DNA from: the human T2T-CHM13v2.0 reference genome, Homo sapiens
Direction: 5' to 3' (one strand)
Assembly (NCBI RefSeq): GCF_009914755.1
Contig: NC_060929.1
Length of the DNA stretch: 64,000 bases
The notes beneath the pieces were generated by a model. The model did no database searches and was not told where the DNA came from. It worked only from the letters and a program-made list of their open reading frames with translations. The position numbers were made by a program, and so were the translations under genes. Positions within the stretch are counted from its first letter, which is position 1; each line of letters begins with the position of its first letter. This document shows positions 54,173 to 64,000 of the stretch, piece after piece.

Positions 54173-54670
54173 AATCATAGTTTGCCTTTTTGCTCCTCCA
54201 CTAAATTGTTAGCTCTAAGAAGTGGGACATGTATGCTTTGTTCTCTGCAGTAAATTCAGTTCCGCAACCCCAGATATTCTGGGATTTGATTGGTCAGGGG
54301 TGGGGTGGGGTCTGAGCACTGGCCTTTACTGAAAGTTCCTCACATGGTTCTCATGTACGGCCAAGTGGAGACCTGTTTATCTAACCCACCTTCATCATTT
54401 TAAGAAGGAAGGAGCTGAGGCCCAGAGAGGTCACCTGACTTGGTCAAGGTCTCTTGGAGCTGGCTATAAGCAGATTGAGACAAGGACTCAGTTCTTTTAG
54501 GGCCTGGTCTCTTTGCACACTATAATGTCCCTTCACTTAAGTTGGAGAAGCTTTATCACTGAGTAGAGAGAGGTTTCTTTCATATTTTTGCATTCTTGGA
54601 GGATGACTAACTCACGCTTGTTAGCCTGGGACTTTCCAGGTTTTAGGGCTTTAGGTCCTGTGGGTCTCAG

Positions 54671-55305
54671 GTAAAGGAAACAAAAATATGCCACTCCAAA
54701 ATATACTTCTTTGGTATATTTTGATATGACTATTCACAGGAACTGCAAACCACAGGAAAAGCTTTGAAAAGCTGTCTTTTGGGGAGGCGGGGAGATTTGC
54801 ATCTGTAGAGGAAATCTACATTAGTGAAATGAAGTTAACAGCAGACACAAACAGGGTTTTATAAGGCCTCCCTTATCCAGACCTAGGAAAGATTAAATCA
54901 CAGGAAAGAGGGACTAAAGTTCTGACACTTCAAAAGGTCTGACAGATAAAGTTTTACCACATAAGAGCAGGATACTGTCTGTTCTTTCCGAGGGCTGCTA
55001 TCCATGGGGCTCTATCTGCATAACAAGATAGCCTTTGCTCACCATGCCTTTTCTCCCCTCTTCCTCCAATAACTGGTCTTGCCATGCCCCAAGCCTCTAT
55101 TCCTTGCTGTATGGTATATAACCTTCAGCCATCTGGCTTTCCATTGAGTCTCATACTTTGTGTGTGGCTTCTGTGTCCATATGCACATTAATAAAATTTG
55201 TACACTTTTTTTCCCTGTGAATCTGCCTATTGTTAGTTTGTTTTATAGACTCAAATTATTTAAACTTCAGAAGCAAGAGCGAAGGAAATTCTCTTCATCC
55301 CTACC
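54671..55305 (+). mobile_element. ERV1 solo LTR (MER34/MER39-like)
   Basis: AAATATGCCACTCCAAAATATACTTCTTTGG 5' motif; AATAAAATTTGTAC...AATCTGCCTATTGTTAG 3' motif. Confidence 0.65.
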
Positions 55306-55573
55306 CAGGCAAGCTGAGATGGTTGACATCACTGTTTGCACAATCACTAAGTCCAGGTTAGGAAAGAGAAGCAATGCCATACGGTGATTGAAACCCAAAT
55401 TCTAAAGCTAGACTCACCTAGGTTTGAACCGTGACTTGTCAATTAGATGATGACCTCAGGCAAGCTTCAGTTTCTTTATGTGTAAGAAGGGAGAAATAAT
55501 GTTGTATGCCTTAAACAGTTGTTGTGAAGATGAAATTAGCTAATATTTGTAAAGCACTTAGCACAAAACATTG

Positions 55574-55742
55574 TTCATAGTAAAAGATCAATTATGGTTA
55601 GCTTTTAAATTGATGTAAGAGTCTTTAGAAATGGATAAAATGATAGATATACTTTTCTCCCTTTTTTCTTTCCTTCCTTTTTCTCTTTCCTTCTCTTTGT
55701 TCTTTTTTCTTTTTAAAATGCAGGTGTAAATATAGAAGGGAG
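55574..55742 (+). repeat. Copy 2 (probable source) of the ~175-bp direct duplication
   Basis: Continuous with an upstream MIR (55400-55603), whose 3' end forms the start of the duplicated unit. Confidence 0.9.
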
Positions 55743-56639
55743 ATGTGTTTCTGAAGGTCTAGCAATTGCTAGAGCACTAAAATACCTCTTTTTTTTTTTT
55801 TTAACCAGCGCTCATTACTGTCTGTCAACTCTAAATGCCACCCAGACATTTCTAGGTAGTGCAATTTTGCCCTGCCAAGTGAAAGCATTTCATGACGCTC
55901 AATCATTAGGCAGCTATTTAAAACAATTTTCTTTCAGAGCTTCTCCTTCCCTTGGGCATTCATGCTGAAGACTCTGTCAAAGTGCCTATTTCCTGGAATC
56001 TGGCTATAGCAGACTTCCCAGAGGTTGGTACACCAGACTAATCATTTTTCTAAGGCAGCACTGGAGCCCTCAGGATACCAGTTGAATCTGATCCACATGG
56101 TAGCTCTGGGAACACAAAATGCTAATGATGTGGAACTTAGGCCACTGGTATTTATTCTATTGTTGTTTGCTTATTTATTTATTATCCGTGCAGGCCAACC
56201 AAAAGATAAATTTGGGACCAACCTCAAACAAGGTAATTGGAGTGTTCATTCAGTAGTCTTAGCTTACTTGTACTGGCCATCTTTATGTCTTTAGTGAGTC
56301 CATATTAGAAATGACGGTGTCTTTTTAGAAGGATGAACTAAGCAGAAATGTAGAAAAATCAGAATTTTTGAGATTCAACTTTGAAGACAACCTCCTCCAA
56401 TTCCTTGGAGAGTATTTTGCTCATTTAATACTTGGTTACATTGTAACATTTTGCAACCCACCAGGAAATCACTCTAACAGTAACTGCTCGTCAAACAGTG
56501 ACAAGAGGATTTGGGGAAGGCAAACAGCTGCAGATTCAGATGTAGGAGGGAGGTGGGCAGATGATGGGGGAATGAATCTTGAGTGTCCACATGCCAGGGA
56601 GAGGCTCAGCCAGGAATGACACTCCAGGGTGACTGACAG

Positions 56640-56845
56640 TCAATGAAACTTGCCATTCTAATCAGCAATAAAAAGGAATGAGCTGTTGCTATACACACAA
56701 CAGGGATGGATATTAAAATAAATGTGCTGAGAGAAAGAAGCCAGACCAAAAAAAAAAAATAGTGCCTACTGCCTTTCATTTATATACAATGCTAGAAAAT
56801 GGAAACTATTTCACTGTGACAGAAAGCAGATTAGTAGTTGTCTGT
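56640..56845 (+). mobile_element. L1M 3' fragment
   Basis: CAGCAATAAAAAGGAATGAGCTG...GAAAGAAGCCAGAC...CAGAAAGCAGATTAGTAGTTG. Confidence 0.75.
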
Positions 56846-57677
56846 GACTGCACTGCCACCATTCAACCTGTTTCTTAGGTCAGTAATTTGGCATCACCTT
56901 GAATCTTCCTTCTCGCTCTCGCTCCTGGTGCCCATTGACTCAGTAGACAGGCCCTAAAGAGTCTACCTTGTAAATTTTGTTCATAATCACCCTTTTCTCA
57001 CTGTTTTCATGGTCACTTTCTTAGGTCCAATCTTCATACATCTTTTCTATTTCTTATTTGTAGTAGTCTCTAAATGGTTTCCTTCCCTCTATTTCCTGCC
57101 TATTCTAATTTATCCTTCATACTGTTTTCTGAATAACCATAAAATATTTTCTATCTTTAAATATAAAAAACAAAATTATAAAATATTTAAAAAATCATTT
57201 AAAATGTGCATAGAATTACAAACACTTCAGTGCCTATAACCCAAGATTAAGGACTGTTCACATTTTGGAATTTCTCTTTTGTGTATTATTATAAAAGAAG
57301 CTTCTCTTTTAATGGAACCATCTTTGCTCTACTTCCCATCTTCTATGCCATGGGTGCTCCCCAGTTTCCAACACTGTCATATATTTGTATATATCTATTT
57401 AGCTCATGTTGCGTACTTTTAATAAATATATGTATTCCTGTTTAAAAATTAAATAAATGATATAATATTGTATATGTCATTCTGCAACTTGCTTTATGAC
57501 AAGTGTTTGATAACTATGTGTGCTGATATAGATGAAGATGAAATTGACTCTATACTGCTATATAATATTCTTATTACATTATACATTATGCATTATCTTG
57601 TGGGTGGGGCATTTGTGCTGTTTCTAGTTTTTTGCTGTTAATAGAATTTAAAAAATAAATATCCTTGTGTATGTCCC

Positions 57678-58117
57678 TGTAGTGAACTGAATGATGGCCT
57701 CAAAGATATGTTCATGTCTAATGCCTAAAATCTGTGAATATCACCTTGTATGGTGAAAGATGTTATTAAGTTAAATATCTTAAGAGGAGGAGCTTAGTCT
57801 GAATTATCTGGGTGGGCTCTAAATACAATCACATGTGAGAAAGAGAGGCAGAGGGAAGTTCAATACCACACATACAGAAGAGAAGGCAATGTGAGCACAG
57901 AGCAGAGATGCAGCCATAAGCCAAGGAAAGCCAATAGACACCAGAAGTGAAAGAGACAAGGAATGCATTCTCCTCTAGGGCTTTTGGAGGGAGCTCAACC
58001 CTGCTTCACCTGCATTTCAGGCATCTGGCCCCCTGAGCTCTAAGAGAATAAATTGTTGTTGTTTTAAGCCAAACAAACTTGTGGTAATTTGTTATGGCGG
58101 CCACAGGAGCTAACACA
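57678..58117 (+). mobile_element. MLT1-family MaLR solo LTR
   Basis: TGTAGTGAACTGAATGATGGCCTCAAAGATATG...GGAGCTAACACA; flanks GTCCC/GTCCT. Confidence 0.85.
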
Positions 58118-58218
58118 GTCCTGCATTACATTGAACAGTAATTTTCCACGGATTTAAACTTATGAGTCACAGGGCATGTGCAGTTTCCACTTTACTTAAA
58201 TATTTAGTGAGTGTGTTA

Positions 58219-58713
58219 CTTGCAATTGCAAAAATATGGAGCCAGCCTAATTGCCCGTCAATTAACAAGTGGATAAAGAAAATGTGGTAGATATATACCA
58301 TGGAATACCACTCAGCCATAAAAAGGAACAAAATAATGGCATTCACAGCAACCTGGATGGAATTGGAGACTACTGTTTTAAGTGAAGTAACTCAGGAATG
58401 GAAAACCGAACATCATATGTTCTCACTCATAAGTGGGAGCTAAGTTATGAGGATTCTAAGGCATAAGAATGATACACTGGACTTTAGGGACTTGAGGGAA
58501 AGGGTGGGAGGGGCATGAGAGATAAAAGACTACACACTGGGTACAGTGTACACAGCTCGGGTGATGGGTGCACAAAAATCTAAGAAATTGCTGCTAAAGA
58601 ACTTACTCATGTAACCAAACATGACCTGCTTCCTAAAAACCTATTGAAATAAAAAAAAAATTTAAAAAATAAAATAAAATGAGCTAAAAAGAGTGCAAAA
58701 TAAATTTAAAAAA
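58219..58713 (+). mobile_element. L1PB-like 3' end, 5'-truncated
   Basis: GGGTACAGTGTACACAGCTCGGGTGATGGGTGCAC...AAAAACCTATTGAAATAAAA; TSD-like ATATTTAG(TG/CA)AGT(G/A)TGTTA. Confidence 0.88.
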
Positions 58714-58734
58714 GATATTTAGCAAGTATGTTAA

Positions 58735-59044
58735 TATTTTATTTTACTTTATTTTATTTTTCGAGACATGGTCTCACTCTGTCACCCAGGCTGGAGTGCA
58801 GTGGCATGATCATGGCTTCCTGCAAACTTGACCTACTGAGCTCAACGATCCTCCCACCTCAGCCTCCCCAGTAGCTGGGACCACAGGTGCACACCACCAC
58901 ACCTGGCTAATTTTTGTATTTTTTGTAGAGATAGGGGTCTCACCACATTGCCCAGGCTGGTCTCAAACTCCTGAATTCAAGCAATCCTCCCACCTCATCC
59001 TCTCAAAGTGTTGGGATTAAAGGTGTGAGTCACCACTCCCAGTC
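58735..59044 (-). mobile_element. AluJ
   Basis: Antisense dimer with J-type motifs. Confidence 0.9.
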
Positions 59045-59629
59045 ATGAGTGTGTTAATTTACACTCACCAAAGCAGTGTGTGCTCCTTTCCATTTCCCAC
59101 ATCTTGGCCAATTGTTGATACTGTTGGACTTTAAAGTCTTTGCCAATCCAAAGTGTGTAAAGTAGTATTTCATTATTATTTTACTCACATTTCCCTTATT
59201 ACATGTGAAGCCGATAATATTTTTGTATGATTGTTGGTCATTTAGATTTCCACTTCAGTGAGTTTCCTGTTCATAGTCTCCACCCATGTTTGTTACAACT
59301 TCGGTGGTCCTTTACATTTGTGAATACTAATCCTCAGTCTGTCACTTATGGTTCAAATATTTTCTGTAAGTCTGTAAATTGTCCTTTAAAAATGATGTAT
59401 TTTGAGGGAGAGAAGCTCTACATTTTAATTAAATTTTTATCAAAAATTTCAATTAAAGTTTTATCAAAAGCTTAAAGATTTACCAAACCTGTTTTTTATA
59501 AGTCATACTTTTTTTGTCTTGTCTAAGAAATCATTCCCTACCTTCAATTCATGAAGATTTTCCTATTAAATGTATACACTGTCTTTAAGTCCTATTTTTC
59601 ACATTTGATCTTTAATTTATTCAGAACTT

Positions 59630-61725
59630 TGTATTAGTCTGTTCTTGGATTGCTATAAAGAACTACCTGAGACTGGATAATTTATAAAGAAAAGAGGTTT
59701 AATTGGCTCATGGTTCTGCAGGCTGTACAGGAAACATGGCTGAGGAGGCCTCAGAAAACATACAGTTATGGCAGAAGGCAAAGGGGAAGGAGGCACATCT
59801 TACATGGCTGGAGCGGGAGAAAGAGAAGACAAGGGGGAGGTGTTACACACTTTTAAACAACCAGGTGTCATGAGAATTCACTCACTATCATGAGAACAGC
59901 AAGGAGAAAATCTGACCCCAAAATCCAATTACTTCACAGCAGGCCCCTCCTCCAAGATTGGGGATTACAATTTGACATGGGATTTGGATGGGGACACAAA
60001 TCCAAACCATATTATTCTACCCCTGGCCCCTCCCAAATCTCATGTTCTACTCACATTGCAAAATACAATAATCCCTTCTCAACAGTTCCCCAGGTCTTAA
60101 CTCATTTCAGCATTAACTCAAAAGTCCATCTGAGGTTGGGCATGGTGGCTAAAACCTGTAATCCCAGCACTTTGGGAGGCCGATGTGGGCAGATCACCTA
60201 AGGTCAGGAGTTCAAGACCACCCTGGCCAACATGGCAAAACCTCGTCTCTACTAAAAATATAAAAATTAGACAGGCATGATGGTGGGCACCTGTAATCCC
60301 AGCTACTCAGGAGGCTGAGGCAGGGAGAATTGCTTGAACCCAGGAGATGGAGGTTGCAGTGAGCTGAGATCATGCCACTGCACTCCAGCCTAGGTGACAG
60401 AGTGAGACTCCTTCTCAAAAGAAAACCAAAAAAGCAAACAAAAACGAAAACAAAGTCTCATCTGAGACAAGGCAAGTCCCTTCTGCCTATGAGCCTGTAA
60501 AATAAAAAAACAAGTTAGTTACTTCCAAGATGCAATAGGGGTATAGGAATTGGGTAAATCCTTTCATCCCAAATGGGAGAAATTGGCCAAAGGAAAGGGG
60601 CTGCAGGCCCCATACAAGTCTGAAGCCCAGCAGGGCAGTCATTAAATCTTAAAGTTCTAAATCAATCTCCTTTGACTCTGTGCCTCACACCCAGGCCATA
60701 CTGATGCAAGGAGTGGGCTCCCACAGACTTGGGCAGCTCTGCCTCTGTGGCTCTGCAGGGCTTGGCCCCCATAGCTGCTCTCAAAGGTTGGTGTTGTGTG
60801 CCTGTGGCTTTTCCAGATGCACAGCACAAGCTATCAGTGGATCTACCATTCTAGAGTCTGGAGGACAGTGGCCCTCTTCTCACAACTCCAGTGGGCAGTG
60901 CCTCAGTGGGGACTCTGTGTGTGGGCTCCAACCCCACATTTTCCCTCTGCACTGGCCTAGTAGAGGTTCTCCTTGAGGGCCCCACCTCTGTAGCAGACTT
61001 CTGCCTGAACATCCAGGCTTTCCCACAGATCTCTAGAGCAGGGGCACAATGCTGCCCAGTTCTTTGCTAACACATAACAAAAGTTACCCTTTCTCCAGTT
61101 CCCAATAAGTTCATCATCTCCACCTGAGTCCTCCTCAGCCTGGCCATCTCTGTCCATATTACTATCAGCATTTTGGTAAAAACCATTCAGCAAGTCTCTA
61201 GGAAGTTCCAAACTTTCCTTCCTCTCCCTGTCTTCTTCTGAGCCCCCCCAAACTGTCCCAACCTCTCTGCCTGTTACCCAGTTCCAAAGCTGCTTCCACA
61301 TTTTCTGGTATCTATAGCAATGCCCCATTCCTAGGTACCAATTTTCTGTATTAGTTTGTTCTTACATTGCTATAAAGAGGTACCTCAGACTGGTTTATTT
61401 ATAAAGAAAAGAGGTTTAGTTGGCTCACGGTTCTGCAGGCTGTATACGAAGCGTAGCTGGGGAGGCCTCAGGAAACTTTCAATCATGGCAGAAGGTGAAG
61501 GGGAAGCAGGCACATCTTACATGGCTGGAACAGGAGGAAGAGGAGAGAAAGGTGCTACACACTTTTAAACAACCAGATCTCATGAGAACTCACTCACTAT
61601 CAGAAGAACAGCAAGAGGGAAATCCACCCCCATGACCCGGTCACCTCCCACTTGGCCCCTCCTTCAAGATTAGGGATTACAATTTGACATGAGATTTGCA
61701 CAGGGACCAAATCCAAACCATATAA
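59630..61725 (-). mobile_element. MST/THE1-family MaLR element with two LTRs (59630-60014, 61347-61725) and a partly deleted internal region
   Basis: Two similar LTRs TGTATTAG...CCAAACCATAT.A; MaLR-int motifs (CAAGGCAAGTCCCTTCTGCCTATGAGCCTGTAAAAT); 5-bp TSD AACTT (59625-59629, 61726-61730). Confidence 0.9.
60134..60451 (+). mobile_element. AluS inserted in the MaLR internal region
   Basis: Full dimer; TSD-like AAAGTC(T)CATCTGA. Confidence 0.92.
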
Positions 61726-62139
61726 AACTTATTTTTTAGAATATTATGAAGTAGGAACATAACTTCACTTTTTTTCTATATGACAGTCACTTGTACCATT
61801 TTCTCACTGGTTTGTAATGCCACCTGGATCACATACAAATCACATAACTTGTGCTTTATGCGTCTCTATTTAGTTTTCTAATCTACTGATCCATATGCCT
61901 ATGTCAGTGCCAGACTGTCTCAATGATTTAGATTTATATGTCAGGACTAGCCTCCTTCTTAGTGTTCTCTTTTTTGAACGTTGTTTTGTCTATTCTTGAA
62001 CATTTAAACTTCCAAATGAATTTTAGAATTGTTTAGTTTCATTATATATTCTCCTGCTTCTTTCATCAGAATTGCATTGAACTTACAGGTTAATTTTTGG
62101 AAAATTTACAGGCTTACAGCACTGAACCTTATCATTATT

Positions 62140-62631
62140 TAGTAAGGCAGATTAAAATCAAAGTATGTCTGTAGCTATTACATTGTGAATAGCACAAAAA
62201 CTTTGAGGAAAATTCTTCCATAGTTATTCCATAAGTATTATCTAATTCAGCAAAGACATCATTCCCTAATGAATGCCCACAACACATCTTCACAGTTTCA
62301 CTTTGTTAACATAATAAAAATATCAACCAACATTCCTATCAAAACTATACGCATTCATCATTGGTTGGCTACAGAAACAAGAACTCAGCAAAAAAGCAAT
62401 GGAAGTATTCTGTGAACATCAATTGGCTTTATCCAATTTATAATAAAGAGCTTTATATATCTTATTATTATTTATAAATTATGTGATACAGAACCTTTAT
62501 ATTAGAAAATATAATAAACTTTTGTATAAATACTTTTAATATATTTTTAATTTCTTAAAAATATATTGATAGTCTTCCCCCACCTCCCCAGCCAGAAAGC
62601 TGTTTGTTAAATATTTACCAGCACACCACTG
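62140..62631 (+). mobile_element. MER63-like hAT-Blackjack relic
   Basis: 3' terminus TTGTTAAATATTTACCAGCACACCACTG; left boundary approximate. Confidence 0.5.
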
Positions 62632-63281
62632 GCTCTAGCCCTCACCAGTATCTACATACCCTTGCAGAAGGCTACTCTGCTCCCACGACAAAAGTGCCAG
62701 AGGGTGCCCCTCAGGTACAGATTATCTGAGAGGCCTCATGAAAAGTGCCCTGTTATGGTTGTTAAACATTTACCAGCACACCAATGGTTCTATCCCACTC
62801 CCCAAGGTAGCAGCTCTCAACCAATGACAGAAAGAGTTGATGTATAAATACCTCAGTTCCCTCACCCTCAGATGGGTTGAGATAACTCTGATTTATGTTT
62901 TACACTCTTTCCCAGAGCTTCCCTAAGAGATTAAGCTCCAGTCACCCCAAGTAGGAGCTGGCCTGATAACACACCCTTTATTGTCTTCTCTTTCATTTTA
63001 CTTCTTCTTTTCCCACTGATGTCTTCTCCCAAATCAACCTGTGCTTGAATTCTTATCTGTTCAAGACCACTGGATCTATAATTCTTATATCCTTTCAATC
63101 TGATTAAAAGTATCAAAAAAGGCTGGAAGGTAGAGATTGGATTTTGTGAAGAGGGCAGTTTGGAGAGAGTTGTTCCTATGCTCTAAGCTCCACTTGCCAA
63201 TAAGGGAGAGGAGAGGACAGAGAGAGAGAGAGAGAGAGACAGCATGTGTGCAATTTTTCTCAACTCAAGGGTATGAGAATA

Positions 63282-64000
63282 TGTACTAGTTTCCCAGGGT
63301 TGTCGTAACTAAATACTCCAAGTTGGTCGGCTTAAAACAACAGAAATTTATTCTCTCACATTTCTGGGTGCTACAAATCTGAAATGAAAGTGCTAGCAGG
63401 GCTAGTTCTTTTTGAGAGCTCTGAAGAAGAATCTGTTCCATGTCTGTTTCCCAGCTTCTGGTGATGGATGGCAGTCCTTGGTATTCCTTGGCTTGTAGAT
63501 GAATCACTTCAATTTCCTGCCTTTGTCTTTGTTTCTCTCCTTCTCCTCCTTCTCCTTCTCCTCCTCCTTTCTGTTCCTCCTCCCCCTCCCCCTCCTCCTC
63601 CTGCTCCTTCTCCTCTTCCTCCCCTTTGTCCTCCTCCTCCTCCTTCTGTCTTCTTCTTCTTCTTCCTCCTCCTTGTCTTCTTCCTCTTCCTCCTCCTCCT
63701 CCTTCTTCCTCTTCTTCTTCCTCCTCCTCTTCTTCTCCTTTCTCCTCCCCTCCTCGTCCTCCTCCTCTTGTTCTTCTTTTCCTTCTTCTTCTTCTTCCTC
63801 TTCTACTCCTTCTCCTCCTTCTTCTTCTACTCCTTCTCCTCCTTCTCCTTCTTCGTCTGTTCTTCATCGTCGTCTTCTCAATCTCCTCCTTCTTCCACCA
63901 CTCGTATTGGAAAAAGAGCCCACCATACTTTAGTGTGACATCATCTTAAGTAATTGAATCTGCAATAATCCTACTTCTAAATAAAGTCACATTCTGAGGT
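63282..64000 (-). mobile_element. MLT1-family MaLR LTR (runs off the window end)
   Basis: TGTACTAGTTTCCCAGGGTTGTCGTAACTAAATAC...GGCTTAAAACAACAGAAATTTATTCTCTCACA; resumes after the microsatellite (TAAATAAAGTCACATTCTGAGGT). Confidence 0.82.
63522..63896. repeat. Long (CTT/CCT)n polypyrimidine low-complexity tract
   Basis: ~370 bp almost entirely C/T; source of the spurious poly-Arg/Glu/Ser/Leu ORFs. Confidence 0.95.

Noticed and set aside
55758-55773. Perfect 16-bp palindrome TCTAGCAATTGCTAGA
   Set aside because: About one such palindrome is expected by chance in 64 kb (64000/4^8 is roughly 1).
63286-63949. Protamine-like poly-Arg/poly-Glu and poly-Ser/Leu ORFs
   Set aside because: Translations of a (CTT/CCT)n microsatellite within an MLT1 LTR.

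Overview
Primate (human-like) intergenic or intronic DNA, repeat-rich, with no intact protein-coding gene that I can support. The only protein-homologous sequence is a full-length processed pseudogene of PSMC1 (26S proteasome AAA-ATPase Rpt2) at ~605-2229 on the minus strand. The rest is mostly Alu, L1, L2, MIR, MaLR/ERV LTRs and DNA-transposon relics. The most informative region is 18.3-23.3 kb. It contains a 5'-truncated L1PA joined directly to one arm of a ~450-bp non-TE inverted duplication, a solo LTR12C inserted into the other arm next to a near-consensus splice donor, and a young U6atac snRNA/L1 chimeric retrocopy inserted into an older Alu target-site duplication (TSD). A second locally templated ~175-bp duplication sits inside an AT-rich palindromic microsatellite at ~54 kb. 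Repeat subfamily names are from recalled consensus sequences and need RepeatMasker/Dfam confirmation. I found no evidence of a novel protein-based system.
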